From IMG/VR virus record IMGVR_UViG_3300033997_000092, positions 197,033 to 261,032 of that record: a DNA stretch of 64,000 nt; one strand, given 5' to 3'. The notes beneath the pieces were generated by a model. The model was not told the origin of the DNA, did not search any database, and saw nothing but the letters and a program-made list of their open reading frames with translations. The translations under genes and the position numbers were made by a program. Below are positions 1 to 10,076 of the stretch, piece by piece. Each line of letters begins with the position of its first letter. Position 1 is the first letter of the stretch.

Positions 1-17
1 AAGAGAACTTAGCCATA

Positions 18-884
18 TTAAATCTCCGTTACTTCAGGTTTCAAACGGGCATACATCAAAGCAGCCTGTTGTTGTGGAAGTATCTGTGCTTTGCTTAAAC
101 GCACTTCTGCTGTTGTAGCAGGTCCGCCTGCAGTACAGATCAGGAACGGTGTAGATGCTCCTGCTGGCACATAGGCGCTGTTGTATGTAACAGGCTTAAT
201 GATTGCCCACGTTGGAACAACAGCACTGTTATTTGGATTCACTGAGGTATAAGGAACGAACTTAGTGATACCGCAACTTCCTACAGCAAACCGCACTATC
301 AAACGTGTTGCACCTGGAGCAGATACTGGACGTAATACAGTGCTGCCTATTTGGGTAAACAACTCAGTTTCAGTTGTGCCGTTGTAGGCAAACACGGTGT
401 ACTGAGTGTTGCTATCTGCGGTTACAGTAATGTGTGACACATCTGCTGTATTCCATAGATCGAAGTTTAATTGGTTTGCGCCAGCCGCCGCAGTGAACGC
501 ATATTGAAGTCTCGCAGACAGTACATCCAATTTACGTTCCAGGTTTAAGCTTGGTGTTGTTCCAGTTAAATCACGCATACCTATAGCATACACAGGTACA
601 CCGTTTACCTCAGTTTCTGCTTCGTCGCGGCCTGCAGCAGGATAACCATAAAGGCGCTGTGTCTGAGCAAATTCCATCATGTGTGATGGAGATACAAGTA
701 ACGAAGAAGAAACACGTAAAGCCTCTACTGCATTTTGCAGCAAGCCGCTATCTGTGTTTGGGTCAAATGATATTGCTTCTTCGGATTCTGGAACTGTACC
801 TGCAAAAACAAACACGTTCCATCCAGAAGTACCTGCATAGTCCTGCATACTCTGCAAGATATTAGAGTGACAGAATAAAAACAT
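18..884 (-). CDS. Virion fibre-like protein, paralogue family 'L' (long form with inserted beta-sandwich)
   Basis: Shares N-terminal VFAGTVPE and C-terminal PTWAII...CTAGGP...EVRL motifs with 1443..2384 and 4043..5050; lies in the structural operon. Confidence 0.6.
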   Translation of the reverse strand: MFLFCHSNILQSMQDYAGTSGWNVFVFAGTVPESEEAISFDPNTDSGLLQNAVEALRVSSSLLVSPSHMMEFAQTQRLYGYPAAGRDEAETEVNGVPVYAIGMRDLTGTTPSLNLERKLDVLSARLQYAFTAAAGANQLNFDLWNTADVSHITVTADSNTQYTVFAYNGTTETELFTQIGSTVLRPVSAPGATRLIVRFAVGSCGITKFVPYTSVNPNNSAVVPTWAIIKPVTYNSAYVPAGASTPFLICTAGGPATTAEVRLSKAQILPQQQAALMYARLKPEVTEI

Positions 885-885
885 A

Positions 886-1431
886 TTAGCCGCCCCATGT
901 GTAGTTGAATGTCAAGTCGTTGCCTTTCAGCACCTTTGACATATCGATTGCACTTCCAGCAAGGACCATATCAGCATTGCTGCCAACATCGCCTATAGTA
1001 CCGATACCAACAAAGTAAGCAGGCTGGCTCGAGGTCATATCAACAGCAGCCGTAGCACAAGTTGCGAACAAGAACCAACTAACTGTACCGCCAGAAATTT
1101 TAGTAAATTCTTCAGCACGTTCACTCAGAGGGAAACGGAACTTGGTCGGACCTATGTTGTGACCTTGTAGTGTGTTCTCATAACGGCACCACGCCTTCAA
1201 CGTACTGCCTAATGCTACTGCCCACTGATTTAACAGAGTCAGGCTGTACTGGCCACGCACTGTACTGAACTGAATACCTGAACCGGCAACAGTGCTAAAC
1301 ATAGCCGCTTCAAATTGTGCTTTGGTAGGCATCGGGCCATTATAAATAGCCATCATCTTGCGGTACGCACCTGAAGTAACGTAATCAGCGTTTGCTAAAG
1401 GTACTAAACCGTCCGTTGCTAAAATTGTCAT
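886..1431 (-). CDS. Virion fibre-like protein, paralogue family 'S' (short form)
   Basis: IYNGPMPT...GTVSWF...GTIGDVGSNADMVL motifs shared with neighbouring paralogues. Confidence 0.6.
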   Translation of the reverse strand: MTILATDGLVPLANADYVTSGAYRKMMAIYNGPMPTKAQFEAAMFSTVAGSGIQFSTVRGQYSLTLLNQWAVALGSTLKAWCRYENTLQGHNIGPTKFRFPLSERAEEFTKISGGTVSWFLFATCATAAVDMTSSQPAYFVGIGTIGDVGSNADMVLAGSAIDMSKVLKGNDLTFNYTWGG

Positions 1432-1442
1432 GCGAAGGCTCC

Positions 1443-2384
1443 TTACTCTACTTCGTTAACTACGTTGCCGAACACTTTCAGGTGAACCAGCGAGAAACTA
1501 TCACTGATGCCTGCACGACGACGATTTAATACAGCTACTTTACCGTCAAGTGGACCACCTGCACTCAGCACCATAGCAGGCACCTGTGTAGCATCGGCAG
1601 ACTTGTAAGTTGCTGTTGTTGGGTTAGCTGGAACCAATACACACCACGTTACGTCTGTAGTAGTTTTGTCGAACGTGTTTGATGGCAGCTCACTCGCAAA
1701 GAAACGAATGAAGCGATACTGCAATGTGTTAGCGGCCACTGTACCTGTATCATTCAGGAAACGAACACGCCACAGACGCGCACTAATTGGAGCGAATGTA
1801 ATTTCAATGCCCGCAGCGTTGTATGTTTTCACTGCTACGTTTGATGCCGCTGGAACCCATACAGATCCATCGTAGTATTCGACGTTGATGTTGCTGGCAT
1901 TACGAGTGGTTGCACTCATGTTAGCAAACAGTACCTTGTTGATACTGCACACATCGCCAAAATCAAATTGAATGAAACGACCTGTGACTAAGTGTGTCGA
2001 TGCTGTTGCTGTAACGGCGCTATCCTCTAAGCCATTAACATAGCCAACAGGTTCATCCATACCAGGAATGTCAGTAGATATTGCCTGAGGCAAACACTGT
2101 ATACCTGCAGTACCGTTATTGAGGCGTTCTCCGTGCATTTTCAAAGTAAACAAGGTCGACGCATGTTCAAAAGCTAACAGTTCTTGGCCGTAACCAGCGC
2201 TGTTAACCGCAGTAACACGAATACCAGCAATAGCATTGGCGAAGATACTGTCCATGTTAGCTAACTGGAATGGAAACGTACCCATAGACTCAGGTACTGT
2301 TCCTGACATTAAAAACATATTCCAGGCAGTGCCTCCTTTAAGAAGCATAGACTGAGCTTGAGCAAATTGTGCGGCTACGTACAT
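1443..2384 (-). CDS. Family 'L' virion protein with discoidin (F5/8 type C)-like insert
   Basis: FIQFDFGDVCSINKV...VEYYDGSVW...FAPISARLWRVRF is a typical galactose-binding/discoidin pattern. Confidence 0.65.
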   Translation of the reverse strand: MYVAAQFAQAQSMLLKGGTAWNMFLMSGTVPESMGTFPFQLANMDSIFANAIAGIRVTAVNSAGYGQELLAFEHASTLFTLKMHGERLNNGTAGIQCLPQAISTDIPGMDEPVGYVNGLEDSAVTATASTHLVTGRFIQFDFGDVCSINKVLFANMSATTRNASNINVEYYDGSVWVPAASNVAVKTYNAAGIEITFAPISARLWRVRFLNDTGTVAANTLQYRFIRFFASELPSNTFDKTTTDVTWCVLVPANPTTATYKSADATQVPAMVLSAGGPLDGKVAVLNRRRAGISDSFSLVHLKVFGNVVNEVE

Positions 2385-2394
2385 AACTCTTACC

Positions 2395-2937
2395 TTATGT
2401 CAGTGAGAAATTAAATTCTGAAGTGGATGCTTCCATCAGAACTACAGTGATTGGCGATACAGTTATTTCCATGGAGGATACATCGCTATAGAATATTTCA
2501 CGCACTGCAGGTGATGTAGAGAATTGTGATTCACCTTCACCTACCAATGTAATACGTGAATCCAACAAGCGTCCATCGAGATACTGTTCAGGCGTTACGT
2601 TGACTGTGATGTTATTCGCATCATAAGTAGCAATGTTTGACTTATACCCAAGCATTTCATTCAGGTTAAAGTCTTCAGGTGCACCAAAGAAGTACAGACC
2701 TATATAACCGTAGAACAGACTTGTATCTTGATTGAGTGTAGCTTCCGCTTCTTGGAAAACACTCAACGATACTTGGATACCATTGATGTCAATGTTCTGG
2801 TCGATTTCACTTGTTATAAGTGGGCGGAAGTTAGTGTCTCCTTCCAGTACACCCAACATAGTTGTTGAGATTGTGTCTGGAAAAAGTACACCAGGCTCGA
2901 ACCGTTGAGCATAGTAATTATGAACTTGGATAAACAT
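2395..2937 (-). CDS. Virion-associated protein, paralogue family 'T'
   Basis: C-terminal half (NITVNVTP...FYSDV...VSPI) aligns with 5058..5399. Confidence 0.5.
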   Translation of the reverse strand: MFIQVHNYYAQRFEPGVLFPDTISTTMLGVLEGDTNFRPLITSEIDQNIDINGIQVSLSVFQEAEATLNQDTSLFYGYIGLYFFGAPEDFNLNEMLGYKSNIATYDANNITVNVTPEQYLDGRLLDSRITLVGEGESQFSTSPAVREIFYSDVSSMEITVSPITVVLMEASTSEFNFSLT

Positions 2938-2940
2938 AAA

Positions 2941-3477
2941 TTACCCCAGCAGGTTACTGATGTTCACACGGAAGTCAGCTATACTGTATTTCTTACCTAC
3001 AGTTACAGCCAGTGAGCCTACTTTAATGTCTTCTGTTGATGCTGGTAATCCTACAGTACAACAGAATAATGTTCTGGCACTTGTAGTTGCTGATCCGTGT
3101 AAAGCTATTACCATAAGGCCCACATCACCAGCAGCAAGACCTTGCATGAAGTCAGTACGTTGGCTGAACAAGAACGCTGCTCCTGAAGGACCTTCATGGC
3201 GCTTTTGTGTGAATGACGTCATCGCAGTAATAGCACCCGCAGTTGTTACCACAGAACCCAAGCGAGTTCGCGTAGACACCAGATTGGTATTCACTAAATC
3301 TAAGTTGATAATACCAGTCGTAGCGTTTTTAGCAGTGCCATTTATATAGTTCATTTCAGCAGGAGTAATTGCAGGACCTGTGTAAAAGAAAATCGATACA
3401 CGATCTGTATTCGCTAAATCGTTCCTGTGGAATGGGTACTTCAAGAAACTCAACATCGTCTTATTTGCTAAAAGCAT
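2941..3477 (-). CDS. Family 'S' virion protein
   Basis: MLLANK...FYTGP...GLM...TVGLP motifs, clear paralogue of 3477..4025. Confidence 0.6.
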   Translation of the reverse strand: MLLANKTMLSFLKYPFHRNDLANTDRVSIFFYTGPAITPAEMNYINGTAKNATTGIINLDLVNTNLVSTRTRLGSVVTTAGAITAMTSFTQKRHEGPSGAAFLFSQRTDFMQGLAAGDVGLMVIALHGSATTSARTLFCCTVGLPASTEDIKVGSLAVTVGKKYSIADFRVNISNLLG

Positions 3478-4025
3478 TACGACTCTCCTAATAAGTCTGT
3501 CAGCCTGACATACATATCATTCACACGGATTACATCGTTGGCTGCAATTGTTGTATTTTCTATCTCAATCTCTTTGCCAGATCCAGGTAGACCTACTGTC
3601 ATAAGTACCGCTGCGTGAATAGGACCGTTGTAGTTGTCGTACAGCATACACAACATTAGTCCAGTCGTACCTGCTTGAAAACCTTTCAGTACCGAGGTCA
3701 CTACTGGCCGCAAACGTAAACAGAACTCGTCTACTGTATTGCCATACGCTTTGTTCACTAACAACTGACCGCTAACCGTAGTTCCACTGATAGAAGTGTA
3801 GGCTAAGTAACGGCGAATGCTGTTTAAATATGTTGTGAACGCACTGCCTCCTGCCATTGCCCCCGTTCCAGTTGTAACAGCAGTTTTAAGTGCGGCTAAT
3901 TCTCCTGCAGTCAGTTCTGGACCTTCGTACAGGTAAGTCACTGCGTAACTTGCAAATGCTCCGCCTGCTGCCGCCCGGAAAGGATTCATCAAATAGGCAG
4001 TCATGCCTTTGTTTGCTAAGAACAT
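3477..4025 (-). CDS. Family 'S' virion protein
   Basis: MFLANK...LYEGP...GLM...TVGLPGSGKEIEI. Confidence 0.6.
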   Translation of the reverse strand: MFLANKGMTAYLMNPFRAAAGGAFASYAVTYLYEGPELTAGELAALKTAVTTGTGAMAGGSAFTTYLNSIRRYLAYTSISGTTVSGQLLVNKAYGNTVDEFCLRLRPVVTSVLKGFQAGTTGLMLCMLYDNYNGPIHAAVLMTVGLPGSGKEIEIENTTIAANDVIRVNDMYVRLTDLLGES

Positions 4026-4042
4026 TAGGACTCTCCTATTTA

Positions 4043-5050
4043 TTAGAACAACTGCCCGTAAGCTAAGTACAGATCAAACTTACTATCGTTGTTGGCTTGC
4101 ACAGGAGCGTTGAAGCGCAGACGTCCATTTCCACCAATACCAGAAGCACTTACCAAGAAACAGAAATCATCTGTGTCAAACGGGCTATTGCCGTAAGAGT
4201 CAATCAGTTTTGCCTTTAAATTTGTCAACACTGTTGCTGATGTGAAATCAGGAACGATAACTGCCCAAGTAGGAACAGCTAAGTTGTATTGTACATCACC
4301 AGCTTCATAATCAAACTTACCGAAGTAGGCAAATGCCATAAGCACGGTACCTGCTGTACCTGACGCCAGTTTACGAATACGGAAGCGTGTTGCAGTTACT
4401 TCTGGGAAGCGAATGATTTGGTAACCTGTTACGTTCAGTACAGAAGTAACCAGCTCTACCCAAGCACTACCGTTATAGTATTCGATGACCATCTGACGCA
4501 TAAACGTGTTTGCAGCAGTACCTTGTTTGATACCGAAGCAGTTAACGTCTATAGGACGATTATATTCAAATTCAAAAACTTCGTTGGTGTTTGTGCTTAC
4601 AGTCACATAACTTGTTGTCAGACCTGCGAAGTTTGCTTCGGAACTCTGCTTGTACATAAACAGTTCAAACAGTTTGTGGTCACGGTAATCACCATACGCT
4701 TTAAAATTCGATGGGCCATAAACCAAGTGATTGGCGAAATTGGTACTTACAACACTTCCGCCTTGATACACGTTCACAGTCTCACCAGCATATTTGGCAA
4801 CTATGTCTGCGCCTTTCAACAAAGAACTACGCTGAGTCAATTGCACTTCAGATACAGATGGATACGACAGTGTTGCCAGGAAAGCGTTTTTGCAGTTTTG
4901 GATAAGGTTAGCTGCGTTTGGAGCAAAACCAATACCATCGAAATCTGTAGGAGGTGTGCCTTCGAAAGCATACACCAGCATGTTTGTGTTTGCTGGAAAG
5001 TTTACTTGCATACCAGCAATCATTGTTTCAGTTGCGCCAAATACGTGCAT
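4043..5050 (-). CDS. Family 'L' virion protein with discoidin-like insert
   Basis: AFEGTPPT; IEYYNGSAW...FPEVTATRFRIR; PTWAVIVP. Confidence 0.65.
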   Translation of the reverse strand: MHVFGATETMIAGMQVNFPANTNMLVYAFEGTPPTDFDGIGFAPNAANLIQNCKNAFLATLSYPSVSEVQLTQRSSLLKGADIVAKYAGETVNVYQGGSVVSTNFANHLVYGPSNFKAYGDYRDHKLFELFMYKQSSEANFAGLTTSYVTVSTNTNEVFEFEYNRPIDVNCFGIKQGTAANTFMRQMVIEYYNGSAWVELVTSVLNVTGYQIIRFPEVTATRFRIRKLASGTAGTVLMAFAYFGKFDYEAGDVQYNLAVPTWAVIVPDFTSATVLTNLKAKLIDSYGNSPFDTDDFCFLVSASGIGGNGRLRFNAPVQANNDSKFDLYLAYGQLF

Positions 5051-5057
5051 GTTTACC

Positions 5058-5399
5058 TCACGATAAGTTTAACACTATTGTAAAATTACTCGATTGTCCG
5101 ACCGAAGCAACGATTGGTGTGACACCAGCTTCAAAATCTAAGACATCGCCATAGAAGAATCCATCTAACACAACTGGACTCACATTAACAGTGAAGTTAG
5201 CAACACTGTCTTGGTAAAACAGATTGTTTTCATTTTGACTTGCATTCGGGAATAAAGGAGCACTCACTCCTTCGAGAGGCCTCAAAATTCTAAATGTCTT
5301 TGGGTCCAGCGCTACAGATACCTCTACTGTCTCACCAAACAAAGCACCAGAATCAAAACCAGGACCATAACGTCCACTTGCTTTTACTAAGTTGCTCAT
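5058..5399 (-). CDS. Family 'T' virion-associated protein
   Basis: NFTVNVSP...FYGDV...VTPI similar to 2395..2937. Confidence 0.5.
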   Translation of the reverse strand: MSNLVKASGRYGPGFDSGALFGETVEVSVALDPKTFRILRPLEGVSAPLFPNASQNENNLFYQDSVANFTVNVSPVVLDGFFYGDVLDFEAGVTPIVASVGQSSNFTIVLNLS

Positions 5400-5899
5400 A
5401 TCACGTGCCTCACTTTAAAGTTCAATGCACGGTATGTTTGACCTAATGTCATAGATGGATTGTTGATTTTCAAATCACCATCATCATTTAAGTCCGTTAT
5501 AGTTCCTTTCATTGAGAACAGTGAATTACCGTTTACGTTGTAGGCTACGTTTGATGCACGGTCATACAGCAAGAACCAGTCAGGTACTCCAGAGGTCAGT
5601 ACAGTTACAGGAACTCTGCCTAACTGAAAGTTTATATTCAAGTCAGGTGCACTTCCTATATTTGGATAGGTTGCTTTATCAATATCGATGTAACCAACTA
5701 TCTTACCTCCACGTGCAACAATAGCAGAGTACAGTCCTGCAAAGCTGCCGAGAAAAGGATTAGATGTGTTAGTTATGTAAGCACCAACTTCCTGTGCAGT
5801 CATATAACCTTTTTCAATCAACACGAACTGATAACGAAAGCCTGAATTTTTCAAAGGATATTGGTAGATTAATGCAGCCGCATCTTTATTCATTCTCAT
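5396..5899 (-). CDS. Family 'S' virion protein (start revised to ATG 5899)
   Basis: ATGA overlap with the upstream stop; GVPDWF...GTITD...GDLKIN motif. Confidence 0.55.
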   Translation of the reverse strand: MRMNKDAAALIYQYPLKNSGFRYQFVLIEKGYMTAQEVGAYITNTSNPFLGSFAGLYSAIVARGGKIVGYIDIDKATYPNIGSAPDLNINFQLGRVPVTVLTSGVPDWFLLYDRASNVAYNVNGNSLFSMKGTITDLNDDGDLKINNPSMTLGQTYRALNFKVRHVI

Positions 5900-6813
5900 G
5901 TTGCAGTTGCCTCCAGCTTTATGTCTTCTGTTATGAAAACAATAGGAGTATAAACAGACGGCTCTTCCCTGTTTGTTTCGCATTCTGATTTATCGAATGC
6001 AAATACTGGACACCGAGTTGTTGACCAATCTAACGCAGTAGGATATCCTAAGATATTGTACATGATTGGACAAAGAAGGATTGTTTGTATTGGACGAGAT
6101 ACGCAGCGTCTCTGGTCTGTTGTAGCGTAGAATGTGTCAATTGACCATCCTACTTGGCCAGCACTAGCAACAGCAACAGTCAGTTTTATGCCTGAGCATA
6201 CGCGCTCAACCAATCCACTTACTATATTTGTCCCAGAGCCTACAATCAAACCCAAGTCTTGCCAACTTCCATTCACAAGACACTCAAGGCGTACTGATGT
6301 TGGGCGTTGGTTTGTAGCACTGGCTATACCTGGAGCGTATTTAACATCTTTCACAAAGCACGGTTCAAATGTCTGCACTATTTCAGCAGATATGAAATCC
6401 GTTCCCCATACAATTGGAATGTTCCTTTGTGGAGCAGCCAAGCTGTAGTGTGGCGTGTAGAATGCGAATATGTCTCTTGGGACAGTTGTGCCAAAGTACA
6501 TTGATTCAGGACAAACACGTATTTCTTGCTGACCGTCGTCACTATAGGCTCCTAAGTGTTTAACCAAAGGCGCTCCATATGTTGTAGTCAACTTGTTGTA
6601 AGATATTGTCCCTAATCTGCCTGCCGCAGACAATGTATGTGAGGCAATGCAATGTTCGGTGAAATACTTCAGAGCTTCTGGTGAAGCTGGAGATTCCATC
6701 AGAATATCCAACTCACTTGTATCCATGAACAATGCAAGCCACGTATAAGCTGACCCAGATTGTCCTGCTAGTCCATTAGCAATACTTGCGTTCCAGTGAA
6801 TTAATTCCATCAA
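5896..6813 (-). CDS. Divergent family 'L' virion protein
   Basis: Similar size and position; RLECLVNGSWQDLG discoidin-like strand. Confidence 0.45.
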   Translation of the reverse strand: MMELIHWNASIANGLAGQSGSAYTWLALFMDTSELDILMESPASPEALKYFTEHCIASHTLSAAGRLGTISYNKLTTTYGAPLVKHLGAYSDDGQQEIRVCPESMYFGTTVPRDIFAFYTPHYSLAAPQRNIPIVWGTDFISAEIVQTFEPCFVKDVKYAPGIASATNQRPTSVRLECLVNGSWQDLGLIVGSGTNIVSGLVERVCSGIKLTVAVASAGQVGWSIDTFYATTDQRRCVSRPIQTILLCPIMYNILGYPTALDWSTTRCPVFAFDKSECETNREEPSVYTPIVFITEDIKLEATAT

Positions 6814-6834
6814 GAATCTCCAACGTAGGACTGC

Positions 6835-7401
6835 TTAACGTGGAACTACCAGGTTACCGCAGATGGTGATGTCGATATTTGCTAATGTTGCGTCACGAAT
6901 CTCAGGAGACTTCATACGGAATATTTGACCACGTTCAAATACTATTGAAGTACCGCCTGTAGATGCAAACACGCCTGAAGTGGCACCAGCAGCAAACGTC
7001 AGTGTGCCTACTTGGGTCGCTACTCCACCTACCACACGCTCAACAATGAATTGAGAAGTTGCAGTTGCCGCAGTTGTTGCTACAGCCAGAGAGTTTGCAA
7101 AGTTTGCACCAATTTGGAAAGTACGTGCGGCTATGTGTTTACACACAATGTCCAAAGACTTCGGACGGTCGAATATAGTTAGACCTATATCATATACGTC
7201 GAATTCAGTGTTTTCCGCCAGCACCCACTTGTTCAATTGGGCATTGAAAATGTATACGCCATTCGTGATAACCACACTGCCTATTACTTCAAACAGTTGT
7301 TTATCGACAGCACCGACAACAGAAGGCAATACTGAGCCACTGTTTTCTGCTGTACGGGACAGGCGACTTGATTCTAACAAGCTTAAACCATCAGATAACA
7401 T
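6835..7401 (-). CDS. Tail-fibre-type protein with C-terminal beta-sandwich
   Basis: YDIG...ATTAATA...VGTLTFAAGATSG...DATLANIDITI pattern seen in phage fibre C-termini. Confidence 0.5.
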   Translation of the reverse strand: MLSDGLSLLESSRLSRTAENSGSVLPSVVGAVDKQLFEVIGSVVITNGVYIFNAQLNKWVLAENTEFDVYDIGLTIFDRPKSLDIVCKHIAARTFQIGANFANSLAVATTAATATSQFIVERVVGGVATQVGTLTFAAGATSGVFASTGGTSIVFERGQIFRMKSPEIRDATLANIDITICGNLVVPR

Positions 7402-7411
7402 TGTTCGCTCC

Positions 7412-7639
7412 TTAATTGACGCGAGCTTCGCCTGTTAATGGGACAGAGAATTCAACACGCAAAGTGTTTGAATCTACCGATGAAACTGACTTAGGCAGTA
7501 TCTTTTGGAGCTTGCCTTGCCAGTTAACAAACACGTCCACAAGAACATTAGTTCTTCCAAGATTGTGTGGGATGCTCCACACAGTGTTTGCATGATCTTG
7601 TTTGTGCGAATAGCCTGCACCACGAACTTTAAGTGTCAT
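7412..7639 (-). CDS. Small fibre-module protein (WxIxHNLG module)
   Basis: A single copy of the ~65-aa module also found in 7652, 8348 and 12614. Confidence 0.55.
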   Translation of the reverse strand: MTLKVRGAGYSHKQDHANTVWSIPHNLGRTNVLVDVFVNWQGKLQKILPKSVSSVDSNTLRVEFSVPLTGEARVN

Positions 7640-7651
7640 AGTTAGGCCTCG

Positions 7652-8272
7652 TTACATACAAAGAACAGTACCAGTCACTGCATTAGTGAATGTCAATACT
7701 GTTTGGTTAGTTGTTGTGTGTTGGACTGAGCTAGGTAATAACTCAAATCCATCCGATGTAATGAAACGGATGATAGGAGCATATCCCAGCATGTGGTTCA
7801 CAGTTACTTCTGTTGTAGCCACGTCCACTTCCATTTCATATGCAACATCAGGCTTAGTCATGCCGTCCAGGTTACCTATCATTATGATAGCGTGACCAGT
7901 AGTTGCTTGCGCGAAAGTAATCTCAACTGTATCAGCATCAATGCCTTCAACGCTGTCAGGAACAACAAGCTGGTTATCGCTGTTGTATACTTGGACAATT
8001 ACTTTAGCACTGTTCATACCGTGTGGGACAGTCCACACAGCACTTGCAGAGTCTTGCTGGTGTATGTAAGTATTACGCTCTTGCAGCAGAGGTACCCACA
8101 GTACACTTTGACCATACGCTATAGCAAACAGCAAACGACCATCTACTACAGCTACACGGTTTGGAACAGCATATTGTACGCCAGCAGAGTCATCACCTAA
8201 AACAACATGACTCAAAGCATTACCTTGCATGTCCAGACCGCCGAACATCGTTAATCCGCCTAAGACCTTCAT
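7652..8272 (-). CDS. Fibre protein with two WxVxH(G/N)xx modules (start revised to ATG 8272)
   Basis: RBS AAGGTG before MKVLGG; the longer ORF runs through a terminator. Confidence 0.55.
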   Translation of the reverse strand: MKVLGGLTMFGGLDMQGNALSHVVLGDDSAGVQYAVPNRVAVVDGRLLFAIAYGQSVLWVPLLQERNTYIHQQDSASAVWTVPHGMNSAKVIVQVYNSDNQLVVPDSVEGIDADTVEITFAQATTGHAIIMIGNLDGMTKPDVAYEMEVDVATTEVTVNHMLGYAPIIRFITSDGFELLPSSVQHTTTNQTVLTFTNAVTGTVLCM

Positions 8273-8301
8273 GGATTCACCTTTGGTTCGTTGGGACAAA
8301 G

Positions 8302-8328
8302 AAAAATGGGGAGACAAAGCTCCCCATT
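8302..8328 (-). terminator. Rho-independent terminator after 8348..10048
   Basis: Minus strand AATGGGGAG-CTTTGT-CTCCCCATTTTT. Confidence 0.75.
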
Positions 8329-8347
8329 CATCAATCACTGAGGCCTA

Positions 8348-10048
8348 TTAGGCAGCAGGAGCAACAGTTGTTACGATCACTTTGCACTTAACGGCGATAG
8401 CGAAAGTAACTGTCAGGCTGTTACCATCTACGTAGGTGATGGTGTCTGGCAGAACAACTTCGTCTGATTCGTCAACAACAGTTACCTGGCAGTATTTCGT
8501 GCCAATGTTGTGTGTAACAGTGTGTGAAGCAGAAGCAGTGTCAGTACCTGTTGCAGTGCTGTCGTAGATGAACTGGCCAGCGCTGATACGAGTGTTGACG
8601 TTGCTGATTGAAGTGTTGATACCAGATACTGCGGTATCTAAGTCCAGCTTACGTGCTGGGTTAGCATCGGCAGTAGGAGCAATCACAGTAATCGCGCCTG
8701 TGAAATCAGCACCATCTAAACGGCCGTACAATGTGTCCAGATGTGCTTCATTCACTTTAACGCCAGTAGCATCAACAGTGATAGAAGAATCTGAAGCCAG
8801 AACAGCCAGGTCAACACCTGAACCGCCAGTTAAACCGTTACCAGCAACGTCACCTAACATAGTAGATGCAACGCCCTGAGAAGCGATTTGTAAACCACCA
8901 GAACCGTCGAAGCTCAAGCTGTTGTTCGCGCCGACTTTGATAGCCAGTTGGCCATTGCTGTCAGTAGTTTCGTCAGTACCGTTGATAGTCAGCATCAAAC
9001 CGCGGTTCAGGTACAGATCTAAACCAACTTCGTCTGAAGGCAGTTCAGCGATACCAGCACCTAAGTTAACGCTGATTGTGTTACCAGATTTGCTCAGACC
9101 GATACCAGCATTCACGCCAGCCAGACCACCGAACTCACCCCATGCGCCGCCCTGCAGAGCTAACCAGGTACCAGCAGTTGTATTCCATGCCAGCGCACCG
9201 TTAGGGCCTGATACAGAAATGTCATAGCTGATAGACTGGATTGCACCAGTAGCATCAACAACTACGATGTCACCAGCAGCAGGAGTCAGAGTGTTTGGAT
9301 CTGTGAAGTCTGAACCATCTACATAGATGTAACGGCCAGCAGCATCAACGAAATCGCTTTCGTAACCAACTACGTCAGCTTGGAAGTCCAGGCCAGCGAT
9401 AGCATTTTGCACGTCGATTAAACGGGCAGCATCTGTAGCGTTTTCTGGAGTAGCCAGACCGATGATTTTGTTGTTGTTCATCGCTAACTGACCGAACATG
9501 CTGTCGCCAGCTTGGTTTACTGGAGTGTAGCCCAGATTGTCTTGCTTGCTGTCAATTTGGGTCTGTACGTTATCAGTCACACCTGACAGGTAACCCAGCT
9601 CAGTAGTAGTTACAGCAGATGCAGCAACTTTACCAGAACCATCAGACACTAAAGCCTTGCTTGTATCCAGGTCAGAAGAAACGATGGTTGTAGCAGCACC
9701 AGTGACAGTATCCTGTTTGGTACCTAAACGAGTTTCAACGTGACCCTTAGATACAGCAGCCAGGTTATCTGAACCAGACTGATCAGTGCTTGATAACAGC
9801 AAGTCGGCTTCCATAGCCACTGTGCCGTCTTTCTTCACGTAATCGTTCAGGTTGCCACCTTTAGCAACTGTCTGTACGCTGGTACCATCGTAATACTTCA
9901 GCGCTTTTTCAGTTGAGTTGTACCACAGGCGAGACTCATAGCCAGCTAACTCGCCAACCGTTGGGTCAGTTGCCAGGTTTTCTGGTTTCATGTTGCGGAT
10001 GGTACCGCCGCCGACTAATGTGATATTACCAATTACTTGCATCGTCAT
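8348..10048 (-). CDS. Long tail/whisker fibre protein
   Basis: Gly/Ala/Thr-rich; fibre repeats (ELGYLSGVTDNVQTQIDSKQ, NKIIGLATP..ATDAA, AGIGLSKSGNTISV); C-terminal HNIG module; own terminator suggests high expression. Confidence 0.75.
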   Translation of the reverse strand: MTMQVIGNITLVGGGTIRNMKPENLATDPTVGELAGYESRLWYNSTEKALKYYDGTSVQTVAKGGNLNDYVKKDGTVAMEADLLLSSTDQSGSDNLAAVSKGHVETRLGTKQDTVTGAATTIVSSDLDTSKALVSDGSGKVAASAVTTTELGYLSGVTDNVQTQIDSKQDNLGYTPVNQAGDSMFGQLAMNNNKIIGLATPENATDAARLIDVQNAIAGLDFQADVVGYESDFVDAAGRYIYVDGSDFTDPNTLTPAAGDIVVVDATGAIQSISYDISVSGPNGALAWNTTAGTWLALQGGAWGEFGGLAGVNAGIGLSKSGNTISVNLGAGIAELPSDEVGLDLYLNRGLMLTINGTDETTDSNGQLAIKVGANNSLSFDGSGGLQIASQGVASTMLGDVAGNGLTGGSGVDLAVLASDSSITVDATGVKVNEAHLDTLYGRLDGADFTGAITVIAPTADANPARKLDLDTAVSGINTSISNVNTRISAGQFIYDSTATGTDTASASHTVTHNIGTKYCQVTVVDESDEVVLPDTITYVDGNSLTVTFAIAVKCKVIVTTVAPAA

Positions 10049-10076
10049 TCACCTTTTGGTTGTTGAATTTTGCATA

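Noticed and set aside
18-6813. Diversity-generating retroelement or invertible shufflon behind the fibre paralogues
   Set aside because: No reverse transcriptase, recombinase, near-identical TR/VR pair or inverted cassettes were seen in the window
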